Source: Myxococcota bacterium
Lineage (GTDB): Bacteria > Myxococcota_A > UBA9042
Assembly (NCBI GenBank): GCA_964201005.1
Contig: CAXNCS010000002.1
Location: 78,773-142,772, forward strand
Length of the DNA: 64,000 nucleotides
Direction of reading: 5' to 3'
This document shows positions 1 through 8,334 of this stretch, piece by piece (positions within the stretch are counted from its first letter, which is position 1; the number at the start of each line of letters is the position of its first letter). The translations under genes and the position numbers were made by a program. The notes beneath the pieces are model-generated. The model had not been told where the DNA came from. It saw only the letters and a program-made list of their open reading frames with translations, and ran no database searches.

Positions 1-1
1 T

Positions 2-3000
2 TGCACCAAGGATGCTTGCGACGCCAAGCTGGGCTGCGTCTACACCGCCAACAACGGCGCGCCGTGCGAAGACGGCAACGGCTGCACCCAGGCGGACATC
101 TGCAGCAACAAGATCTGCACGCCCGGCAAGATCAAGCTTTGCAGCGACGGCAACCCGTGCACCTCTGACGCGTGCGATCCCAAGACTGGCGGCTGCGTGT
201 TTAGCGCGAGCCAAGGCTCCTGTTCGGACGGCAACCCGTGCACAATCGGCGACAGCTGCGTGGGCGGCAAGTGCGGCGCGGGCGGCCCCGCCAACTGCAA
301 CGACAACAACCCCTGCACCAATGACAGCTGCGACACCAACTCGGGCTTGTGCGTCGCCCTGCCCAACGCTGCGACTTGCTCCGACGGCAACCTGTGCACC
401 ACCGGCGACTCGTGCAGCGGCGGGCTGTGCAAGGCCGGCATTGGCCTGGAGTGCGACGACAAGAACCCCTGCACCTCAGACAGTTGCAGCCCCAAGACCG
501 GCCAGTGCCTGTTCGCCGCCAACACCCTGCCCTGCAATGACGGCTCGGCTTGCACCGTGGGCGACTTGTGCAAGCTCGGCGTGTGCGGCGGTACGGCAAA
601 GAACTGCGAAGACGGCAACTTGTGTACCACGGACGGCTGCGATGCCAAGACGGGCGCGTGTGCATACGCCAACAACACCGTCGCGTGCGAGGACGGCAAC
701 AGCTGCAGCAAGGGCGACACCTGCAAGGACGGCGCGTGTCAGGCCGGCGTCCAGGCGTGCCCGTGCACCCCGCTGAACGCCAACAGCGTCTGCAATGACA
801 ACAACCCGTGCACCGCTGACGCGTGCTTGACGGGCGTTTGCGTCCACAAGGTCATCGCGGGGATCGCCTGCGAAGACGGCAACCTATGCACGGCGGGTGG
901 CCTGTGCAGCGCGGCCGGTGCGTGCGTGCCCAAGACCGTGGGTTGCGACGACAAGAATTCTTGCACCGTAGACAGCTGCGATAAGGCGACCGGCAAATGC
1001 ACCTTTACGCCGATCAGCGGTGGCTGCGATGACGGCAGCCTCTGCAGCGTTGGCGACGGCTGCGTAGCCGGCAAGTGCATGGGCCAGCTCAAGAATTGCG
1101 ATGACGGCAACGCGTGCACCGCCGACTCCTGCTCGCCGGTGACGGGCAATTGCACGTGGATCAACTTGACCAGCGCGTGCAATGACGGCAATGCCTGCAC
1201 GACGGGCGATGTCTGCAGCGGCGGCAAGTGCACGCCCACGGGCAAGAAGTCCTGCGATGACGGCAATGTATGCACGGCCGACCTGTGCAACCCGAGCACG
1301 GGGCTGTGCACCTCTCTGCCCGTCAGCGGCAGCTGCAGCGACGGCAACGCCTGCACTTCTGGCGATGCGTGCGTGTTGGGCAAGTGCGTGGGCGCGGCGG
1401 CCATCAGCTGCGACGACGGCAACCCCTGCACCAACGACGCGTGCGACAAAGCGACGGGCAAGTGCCTGTACGTCAACAATACCCTGCCCTGCGACGACAA
1501 GAGCCTGTGCACCAAAGGCGACATCTGTGCGGCCGGCAAGTGCGCGGGCGTGAACGCCGTGACCTGCAACGACAACAACAGCTGCACGACCGACGCGTGT
1601 GTCCCCGCGACTGGCAAATGCAGCTTTACCAACAACACGCTGGCCTGCAACGACGGCAAAGCGTGCACCGCCAAGGACATCTGCACGGGCGGCGTCTGCG
1701 CGGGTGTGGCCGTGGTGTGCAATGACAGCAACCCGTGCACCACGGACAGCTGCAACGCCTTGACGGGCACCTGCACCTACGTCAATAACACCGCGACTTG
1801 CGACGACAATAGCCTATGCACCCAGGGCGAGAGCTGCCTGCTGGGCAAGTGCACGCCCAAGACGGTCACCAACTGCAACGACAACAACCCGTGCACCGAC
1901 GACTTGTGCAGCCCGACCACCGGCAAGTGCCTGTTCCAGCCCAACACCGCGAGCTGCAATGACGGCCTGCTGTGCACCACGGGTGACAAGTGCAGCGCCG
2001 GCAAGTGCTTGGGCGCGGCGACCGCGGGCTGCTGCACGTCGAGCCTCAACTGCAACACGACAGCTAACGCTTGCATCGTAGGCACTTGCAGCAGCATCGC
2101 GGGCGGCAAAGGCACGTGTACCTTTGTCAACGCATTGGACGGCAAGGCGTGCACAGACGGCAACGCCTGCACCAGCGCAGACAAGTGCATCAACGGCAGC
2201 TGCGGCGGCGCAGCGGTGGACTGCAACGACAACAATTTGTGCACGACCGACGCTTGCCAGCCCGGCCTTGGCTGCTTTATCACCAACAACACCTTGGCGT
2301 GCAACGATAACAACGCGTGCACCAGCGGAGACACCTGCGCGGCGGGCAAGTGCGTGGCGCTCAGCAAGGTGAACTGCGATGACAAAAACGTTTGCACCGC
2401 CGACTCCTGCGACACGCTCACTGGCAAGTGCAGCAATGCGCCGATCGCGGGCAAGTGCGAAGACGGCAACCTGTGCACCACCGGCGACAGCTGCGCCGCG
2501 GGGACCTGCGCGTCGGGCCTAGTGGTCAATTGCGACGACAAGAACGCTTGCACGGTCGACGCCTGCAGCACGGCGACTGGCCTGTGTGTGTACAAACTGC
2601 TCAGCGGCACGGCCTGCAGCGACGGCAACTTGTGCACGACGATCGACAGCTGCGTCGCTGGCAAGTGCCTCGGCACCACCGCGCCCAACTGCAACGACGG
2701 CAATGTGTGCACCAACGACGCGTGCGACCCGCTCAAAGGCTGCGTCAGCAGCGCCAACAGCGCGCCGTGCGACGACGGAGACAAGTGCACGCTGCTGGAC
2801 ACCTGTGCTCAGGGCCTGTGCAAAGCCGGGGCTGCCAAGAGCTGCGCGGACGGCAACGTGTGCACGGATGACGCCTGCGCGCCGCTGACGGGCACCTGCA
2901 GCTGGAGCAGCAACACCGCGGTGTGCAATGACAAGAATGCGTGCACGCTGAACGATGTCTGCGCCGCGGGCAAGTGCGCGGGCGTGGCCAAGTCCTGCAA

Positions 3001-3631
3001 CGACGCCAATCCCTGCACCGCGGACTCGTGCAACACCTTGACCGGCGCATGCATCAACACGGCGCTATTGGCTGGCGCCTGCGAAGACGGCAACTTGTGC
3101 ACGCTGACCGACCTGTGCATCGCGGGCAAGTGCTCCCCCGGCGCCAAGAAAGTGTGCAATGACAACAATGTGTGCACAACGGACAGCTGTGATGTCGCCA
3201 CGGGCGCCTGCGTGTTTGCCCCGGCGAGCGGCGCGGTCTGCAGCGACGGCAACAACTGCACCACCGGCGACACCTGCGCAAGCGGCAAGTGCACGCCCAA
3301 GGTCACCGTGCCGTGCAATGACGGCAACGCCTGCACCACCGACGCCTGCGACGCCGCGGGCAAGTGCACGTATGTCAACAACACCCTGCCCTGCGAAGAC
3401 GCCAACAAGTGCCTGACCGGAGACAAGTGCTTGGCCGGCAAGTGCGTAGGCGGGCCGACCCCGGTGGTGTGCAATGACGGCTGTTCGTGCACCCTGGACT
3501 CGTGCAATCCGGTCACGGGCTGCGTCAAGACCTTCAACGCGGCGGCCAGCTGCCTCTCGGCCGGCAAGCTAATCAAGTGCAACGCCTTGAATTACCAGAC
3601 GGTCTGCACAGGCTGCGCGGTCCTTCAGTAA
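2..3631 (+). CDS. Giant secreted cysteine-rich repeat protein with its 5' end outside the window (Myxococcus-type disulfide repeat array)
   Basis: Frame 2 is open from nt 2 (CTKDACDAKLGC...) to TAA at 3629-3631. The tracked ORF 197..3631 is only its first internal Met. There are about 25 tandem ~47-aa units with 8 Cys each: [CxDxNxCTxDxC-x3-4-GxC] followed by [CxDGxxCTxGDxCxxGxC]. This resembles the TIGR02232-type repeat. Confidence 0.85.
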   Translation, partial: CTKDACDAKLGCVYTANNGAPCEDGNGCTQADICSNKICTPGKIKLCSDGNPCTSDACDPKTGGCVFSASQGSCSDGNPCTIGDSCVGGKCGAGGPANCNDNNPCTNDSCDTNSGLCVALPNAATCSDGNLCTTGDSCSGGLCKAGIGLECDDKNPCTSDSCSPKTGQCLFAANTLPCNDGSACTVGDLCKLGVCGGTAKNCEDGNLCTTDGCDAKTGACAYANNTVACEDGNSCSKGDTCKDGACQAGVQACPCTPLNANSVCNDNNPCTADACLTGVCVHKVIAGIACEDGNLCTAGGLCSAAGACVPKTVGCDDKNSCTVDSCDKATGKCTFTPISGGCDDGSLCSVGDGCVAGKCMGQLKNCDDGNACTADSCSPVTGNCTWINLTSACNDGNACTTGDVCSGGKCTPTGKKSCDDGNVCTADLCNPSTGLCTSLPVSGSCSDGNACTSGDACVLGKCVGAAAISCDDGNPCTNDACDKATGKCLYVNNTLPCDDKSLCTKGDICAAGKCAGVNAVTCNDNNSCTTDACVPATGKCSFTNNTLACNDGKACTAKDICTGGVCAGVAVVCNDSNPCTTDSCNALTGTCTYVNNTATCDDNSLCTQGESCLLGKCTPKTVTNCNDNNPCTDDLCSPTTGKCLFQPNTASCNDGLLCTTGDKCSAGKCLGAATAGCCTSSLNCNTTANACIVGTCSSIAGGKGTCTFVNALDGKACTDGNACTSADKCINGSCGGAAVDCNDNNLCTTDACQPGLGCFITNNTLACNDNNACTSGDTCAAGKCVALSKVNCDDKNVCTADSCDTLTGKCSNAPIAGKCEDGNLCTTGDSCAAGTCASGLVVNCDDKNACTVDACSTATGLCVYKLLSGTACSDGNLCTTIDSCVAGKCLGTTAPNCNDGNVCTNDACDPLKGCVSSANSAPCDDGDKCTLLDTCAQGLCKAGAAKSCADGNVCTDDACAPLTGTCSWSSNTAVCNDKNACTLNDVCAAGKCAGVAKSCNDANPCTADSCNTLTGACINTALLAGACEDGNLCTLTDLCIAGKCSPGAKKVCNDNNVCTTDSCDVATGACVFAPASGAVCSDGNNCTTGDTCASGKCTPKVTVPCNDGNACTTDACDAAGKCTYVNNTLPCEDANKCLTGDKCLAGKCVGGPTPVVCNDGCSCTLDSCNPVTGCVKTFNAAASCLSAGKLIKCNALNYQTVCTGCAVLQ

Positions 3632-3726
3632 AGATCCTTTCAGAGCATAGGCTTGGCTCAGGCCCCCCGAAGCGCCGCCGCAGGCATGCCGCTGGGCAGT
3701 TGCGATTGGCGCAGGGCGGGCCCATC

Positions 3727-5913
3727 ATGCGCTCGCGGCGACAATTGCCCGGGGGGTCTGCGATGCGGCGACTTTTTGGCGGTGCAACGGGGTGGAGACT
3801 GGCGGCTTTGCTGCTGTCGACCGGGTGTTCCAGCGCGCAACTCGTGAAGCCTTCTGCAGAATTGCCTGTGACCAAGGTGGTGCTGTACCAAAATGGCGTG
3901 GGCTATTTTGAGCGCCGCGGGGTCATCCAGGGCCGCGATCTGGAGCTGCGGGTGCGGCCGGATCAGATCAACGATGTGCTGAAGTCGCTGACGGTGCTGG
4001 ATCTTTCAGGCAGCGTGGCCTCTTCTGTGAGCCTACCGGTAGAGCGCTCGGGCGATGAGGCGGCGGCGAGGCTGCCCAGCGAAGTGCGCCACGCCACCGG
4101 GCTGCAGGGGGTGCTAGGCGTGCTGCGCGGCGCCCAAGTGCAGGTCGAGAGCCGCGACGGCAACCTGTCTGGCAAAGTCGTCGGCGTAGAGAATGGCCAG
4201 ATCCCTGGAGAAAACGGCAAGCTCGAACAGGGCCAAGTGCTCACGCTGCTGAGCGACGACGGCACGCTGATGGCGACGCCAGTGGCCGGGGTGCGCAAAG
4301 TGCTGATCGGCGACAAGGCCCTGGCGGCCGGCCTGCAGCAGTCGATGGACATCGCCCGGCGCGACGGCCAGTGGAAGCCGGTGGGCGTGCAAGTGCGCCT
4401 AGCGGACGACGGCAGCCACGACCTGATTGTCTCTTATATTCATGAAGTTCCGGTGTGGCGGCCGGCCTACCGCGCTTGGGTCGATGGAGACAAGGGCGTG
4501 ACCCTCCAGGGCTGGGCCATCGTCGACAATGTCTCCGGCGAGGCCTGGAAAGACATTGATTTGACGCTCGTTGTCGGCTCGCCTCTGTCTTTCCGCTACA
4601 ACTTGCACGCGCCGCACCGGGTCCCGCGGCCCGATCTGTCGTCGCGCTTGCCGCAGTATGCGGAGGCTCCACCGGAGTCCGATGTCGGCGTCGAGTCGCC
4701 GTCGCCACCACCGCCGCCCTCTGCGCCCATGGCAGAGGCGGAAGAGGCCGGAGCACCTGCGCACGAATACAAGAAAACCCCAGCGGCGGCCCGCAAAAGC
4801 GCCCCTGCGCCCAGGCCGGCGGCCTACGCAGACAAAGCGGCGGAATACGAGCGCGGCCGGTCGTCGGATGAAGTGCGCCGCGAGCAACAACAGCGCCGCG
4901 ATGCCGCCGCCCGCCAAGCTGAGGCGCTGGTCGTGGGCAAGGAAGTCGGCGCACTGTACGCGTATCAGGCGCAAAAGCCTGTGACTGTCCCGGACCGCTC
5001 GGCGGCGCTCATCAACATCGTGTCGCGCAAAATCGATGGCCGCGACGTCTTCCTATTCCGCGAACCGCAGACCAGTCAGGCGCCATTCCGCGCGGTGCTG
5101 TTGCGCAATGGCAAGGAGTCGGCGCTGGAGTCGGGGCCGATTACCCTTTACGTCGATGGGACTTTTGCCGGAGAAGGCTTTATCGGCCGCGTGGGCAAGG
5201 ATGAGACGGCCTTTGTGCCGTACGCGCGAGAAAGCGGATTCTCTCTTCAGATTCAGAGCGATGCGCGCATCGACGAACTGCGCCTCGTTCGCATCACCGG
5301 CGGGCGGATCCACCTGCAGGGCAAGCGCGTGTCGACGCGAACCGTGCGCATTGAGTCCAATCGCGATCAGCCCAGCTTGGCCTATGTGCGCCTGCGCCGG
5401 CAGAACGGCATGGAATTGGTCAATCCGCCCAAGGAGCTGGTCAAGGCCGGCGACGACCTGTTCGTGCCCGTGCTGGTGCCGGCCAAAGGTCAGGCGAGCG
5501 CCGCGCTGGTGGAGCAGACACCGGTGACGATGGTGGAGGCGGGCTTGACCAACCCGGTGATGCAAGCCCTGCGCTACTACCTGCAGAACAGCAAGCCGGA
5601 AGAGGCGATTGCCGGCCCGATCACGGAACTGCTTACCCACCAAGCAGAAATCGAGAATCTGGCGCTGACCATGCAGGGCCTGGCGCAGCAGCGCGACACC
5701 TTGGACCGCGAACAGCAGCGCATTCAAGGCAATCTGGATGCCCTGCCCCCCGGTGCCGTGGCCGCGGATCTGCGCAAGAAGCTGGTGGCGCAGCTCGACG
5801 ATGCCTCGCGAAAGGCCGCCGAGGTCGCCAAGAAGCTGGTAGAGTGCCAAGTGCGGACTGCCGAGCTGCAGGAGCGCATGCGCGTGTTGCTGGCCAAGCT
5901 CGATCTGAAATAG
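3727..5913 (+). CDS. DUF4139/DUF4140 (MuiA-like) family lipoprotein
   Basis: ORF 3487..5913 is trimmed to ATG 3727 (alternative ATG 3763) because the upstream part overlaps the previous gene and is not protein-like. It has a signal peptide with lipobox LLLSTGC and an N-terminal VVLYQNGVGYFERRG... block typical of the family. It also has a Pro/Ala-rich insert and a C-terminal coiled coil. Confidence 0.7.
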   Translation: MRSRRQLPGGSAMRRLFGGATGWRLAALLLSTGCSSAQLVKPSAELPVTKVVLYQNGVGYFERRGVIQGRDLELRVRPDQINDVLKSLTVLDLSGSVASSVSLPVERSGDEAAARLPSEVRHATGLQGVLGVLRGAQVQVESRDGNLSGKVVGVENGQIPGENGKLEQGQVLTLLSDDGTLMATPVAGVRKVLIGDKALAAGLQQSMDIARRDGQWKPVGVQVRLADDGSHDLIVSYIHEVPVWRPAYRAWVDGDKGVTLQGWAIVDNVSGEAWKDIDLTLVVGSPLSFRYNLHAPHRVPRPDLSSRLPQYAEAPPESDVGVESPSPPPPPSAPMAEAEEAGAPAHEYKKTPAAARKSAPAPRPAAYADKAAEYERGRSSDEVRREQQQRRDAAARQAEALVVGKEVGALYAYQAQKPVTVPDRSAALINIVSRKIDGRDVFLFREPQTSQAPFRAVLLRNGKESALESGPITLYVDGTFAGEGFIGRVGKDETAFVPYARESGFSLQIQSDARIDELRLVRITGGRIHLQGKRVSTRTVRIESNRDQPSLAYVRLRRQNGMELVNPPKELVKAGDDLFVPVLVPAKGQASAALVEQTPVTMVEAGLTNPVMQALRYYLQNSKPEEAIAGPITELLTHQAEIENLALTMQGLAQQRDTLDREQQRIQGNLDALPPGAVAADLRKKLVAQLDDASRKAAEVAKKLVECQVRTAELQERMRVLLAKLDLK

Positions 5914-5926
5914 GGGAATTCGCAAG

Positions 5927-7339
5927 ATGCAAATGCTGCTGGGCGCGCTGCTGCTGCTGATGGCGGCGGTAGCGGCGATGATGACGGACAACGCCTCGCT
6001 CATGCTCCTTGCCATGGGCGGCGCACTGGCCATGTACCGGCTGCTCCGCGAATACCGCGTCTTCATTATGGCTTACTCGATTCTGCCGACCATGGCCATC
6101 AGCCTGGATATCGGTTTTGCCACGCCTTTTATCGCGGTGACTCCGCTGGTCGTGCTCGCCTCGCTGATTCACTATCGGGGCAAGTGGAGCGAGCTGCGCG
6201 GGCCGGCTCTCTATTTTGTGCCGCTGCTGCTGCAGGTGGTCTTTTTGGTGGTCGCGGAGCTTGCCACCGACGCGACCATGAACTTTGGCAACATCTTCTC
6301 GCTCTTTGGCGGCATGGTGGTGGCCCTGCTGGTCAACGCGTTGCTGCGCAAGCCGGAGGATCTCCAGTACATTGGCCTCGCCATCGTGTTCAATCTGCTG
6401 ATCTTGGGCGGCAGCGCGATGCTTGGCACGGACTGGACGGCCATGAACGTAGAACAGGTGCGCGTCTCCGGGCTAGCGGGCGAGCCGAACCTGCTGGGGA
6501 TGCACCTGGGGCGCATGATCCCCGTGGCCGTGGCGGTGCTGCTGGAAAAGGGCATGGCGCCTTGGCATCGCGCTGCAGCGGCCGGCGCATCCGCCTTGGG
6601 GTTCCTCAGCGTCCTGGTGTCTGCTTCGCGGACGGGGACGATTGCCGTCGTGGTGGGGCTGCTCAGCATGGCCCTGTTGACCGCCCGTTCGATCCGCCAT
6701 GTGCTGTTCAGCACCGGGGTGCTCATCGCGATTACCTTGGCGGCGATGTACTTGACGCCGGCCTCTTTTCAGACCCGCGTCCTTGAGCCGGCCGGCCTGG
6801 CCCGCGGCGAAGTGCTGGATGTCAACCGCGTAGAGGTGACCTCTGGCCGCTTGGAGCAGTTGCCGATCGCCTTTTCCATGCTTGAGAAAAGCCCGTGGGT
6901 TGGCAACGGCACGGGCGGCTTTGTGGCAGAGAACGCCAATCGCTACGCCGGCACGGCTACAGCGCTGCACAACGCCTACCTGGCGGTGTTTGTGGCGTAC
7001 GGCATCCCGGCGGGCCTGACGTTCGTCTTTGCCATGGCGGCGTCGATCTGGATGGGGATTCGCTACTCGCGCAATTCGCCCCTGCCGCTGATTACGGCGG
7101 CGATCACCGCGGGTGCGGCGGCGACGGCCGTCGGTCTCATTGCCTATCCCGAGTCTTTTCGCAGCTGGGTTTGGCTGCCGATCGTGCTGCCCCACGCCTT
7201 TGCTCGGGTGAACCGCGCGTGGTTCAAGGAACAGCAGCAGGCCAAAGCCGCGGTTGTCCCACCCCAGCCGCCGCAAGACCCGTGGATCAAGCCGATTGGC
7301 CCCGTCCGCCAGTTGCCCAGGCCGCTGCGCCAAGCTTGA
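5927..7339 (+). CDS. O-antigen ligase / Wzy_C family polytopic membrane protein
   Basis: 470-aa multi-TM protein with SASRTGT, HNAYLAVFVAYG and a periplasmic-loop GRLEQ...WVGNGTGGF pattern typical of Wzy_C (WaaL/PglL-type) proteins. It starts 14 nt after the previous stop. Confidence 0.7.
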   Translation: MQMLLGALLLLMAAVAAMMTDNASLMLLAMGGALAMYRLLREYRVFIMAYSILPTMAISLDIGFATPFIAVTPLVVLASLIHYRGKWSELRGPALYFVPLLLQVVFLVVAELATDATMNFGNIFSLFGGMVVALLVNALLRKPEDLQYIGLAIVFNLLILGGSAMLGTDWTAMNVEQVRVSGLAGEPNLLGMHLGRMIPVAVAVLLEKGMAPWHRAAAAGASALGFLSVLVSASRTGTIAVVVGLLSMALLTARSIRHVLFSTGVLIAITLAAMYLTPASFQTRVLEPAGLARGEVLDVNRVEVTSGRLEQLPIAFSMLEKSPWVGNGTGGFVAENANRYAGTATALHNAYLAVFVAYGIPAGLTFVFAMAASIWMGIRYSRNSPLPLITAAITAGAAATAVGLIAYPESFRSWVWLPIVLPHAFARVNRAWFKEQQQAKAAVVPPQPPQDPWIKPIGPVRQLPRPLRQA

Positions 7340-7367
7340 TACAGCCGACAGCTAGACCGCTAGACCG

Positions 7368-8261
7368 CTAACCAGTTGATTCAGCCTGCTTGTTGGCCAG
7401 CCAGCCCGACGACGTGCGGAGCGCTAGCCCTTGCTGCTGAAGATGGACCAAATGCGATTCCAGGGAGCGCAGCGCCAGCGGCCAGGTCATCCGCGGCACG
7501 TCGGCGTAAGCGCTGGGCAATAGGTCTGCCGGCTCCCGCGGCCGGTTCGTCAGGCTCGCCAGGATTCTCGCCTCTCTCTCGCGGCGATGGCGTTGATAAT
7601 AGGCCAGCACCTGGGTTGCATCGCGCAGCACGGGCCCGTGGGCGGGGGCCAACGCCAGGGGCGCCAGGGCCTGCATGCGCTCAAGGCTGGCGAGGTACTG
7701 GCCCATGTCGCCATCGCGCGGGTCGATGAGGATGGTGCCCTGCCCTGCGACCATGTCGCCTGCGACCATCCAGCCGCTCAGCGCCTCGTGCAGAACCAGA
7801 TGCCCCGGCGCATGGCCAGGGGTGTGCAGGGCCCGCCACACCGCGCCGTCTGCGTTGACCGCGACCTCATCGCCTTCCGCGACCTCGCCGGCCACCTCTA
7901 CCCATGCCGGAAGCAACGGCCGAGTCGCCGCGTGGCACCACACGGGCAGGCGCAATTGCCCCGCCAGATCGGCCGCCGCACCGCAGTGATCCAGGTGATG
8001 ATGGCTCAGGAACAGCGCCACAGGCTCTGCACCGGCCTTCCTGGCGGCGTCTACCAGGTGCACGAGTCGCCGCTGGGCCCGGCGGTCGGGCGTGGCTGGG
8101 TCGACCACGACCATGCGCGTCCAGCCGACCAGCCAATGATTCGTCGTCGACGCAGGAGGCAAGGTCGGGGTCGGCAGGGCCAGGGCCACAAGACCTGGGG
8201 CCTCGGCGCGGGCATCGAGGTCGGCCATTGCGTCGGACCACGCCCTTGCGGATTCGCGCAT
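7368..8261 (-). CDS. MBL-fold metallo-hydrolase
   Basis: Carries the HxHxDH motif (LSHHHLDHCG) and a downstream HTPGHAPGH. An alternative start is ATG 8228. Confidence 0.8.
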   Translation of the reverse strand: MRESARAWSDAMADLDARAEAPGLVALALPTPTLPPASTTNHWLVGWTRMVVVDPATPDRRAQRRLVHLVDAARKAGAEPVALFLSHHHLDHCGAAADLAGQLRLPVWCHAATRPLLPAWVEVAGEVAEGDEVAVNADGAVWRALHTPGHAPGHLVLHEALSGWMVAGDMVAGQGTILIDPRDGDMGQYLASLERMQALAPLALAPAHGPVLRDATQVLAYYQRHRREREARILASLTNRPREPADLLPSAYADVPRMTWPLALRSLESHLVHLQQQGLALRTSSGWLANKQAESTG

Positions 8262-8334
8262 CTATCCTCCTGTCGCTCCTAGCTTCTTGCCGTCGGTCTT
8301 GCGGGATCGCCGCGCAGTGAGCACAGTATCGCAG

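Noticed and set aside
40-3582. Long antisense and alternate-frame ORFs tiling the first giant gene (e.g. 40..726 -, 739..1776 -, 1777..2802 -, 2809..3582 -, 12..776 +).
   Set aside because: The repeat gene is built from TGC/GAC/GGC/AAC/ACC-type codons, and their reverse complements and shifted frames contain no stop codons. The translations are monotonous (LQ/SS/HL or A/R/T/P-rich) and mirror the sense repeats. They are shadow ORFs of a GC-rich repetitive CDS.
3487-3726. N-terminal extensions of tracked ORFs. These are 3487-3726 (DUF4139 gene), 14415-14618 (OPT), 20351-20461 (mnmG), 22184-22240 (pal), 32950-33201 (HEAT), 54670-54705 (rel) and 58317-58421 (secreted protein).
   Set aside because: The extensions overlap neighbouring genes or divergent promoters and are Arg/Pro/Gly-rich and not protein-like. 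Internal ATG/GTG codons give canonical N-termini or signal peptides, often with a Shine-Dalgarno.
7349-7372. Short tandem TAGACCGC x2 between the convergent stop codons of the Wzy_C and MBL genes.
   Set aside because: It has only two copies plus a fragment. It has no hairpin potential and no T-tract. It is most simply a small slippage duplication.
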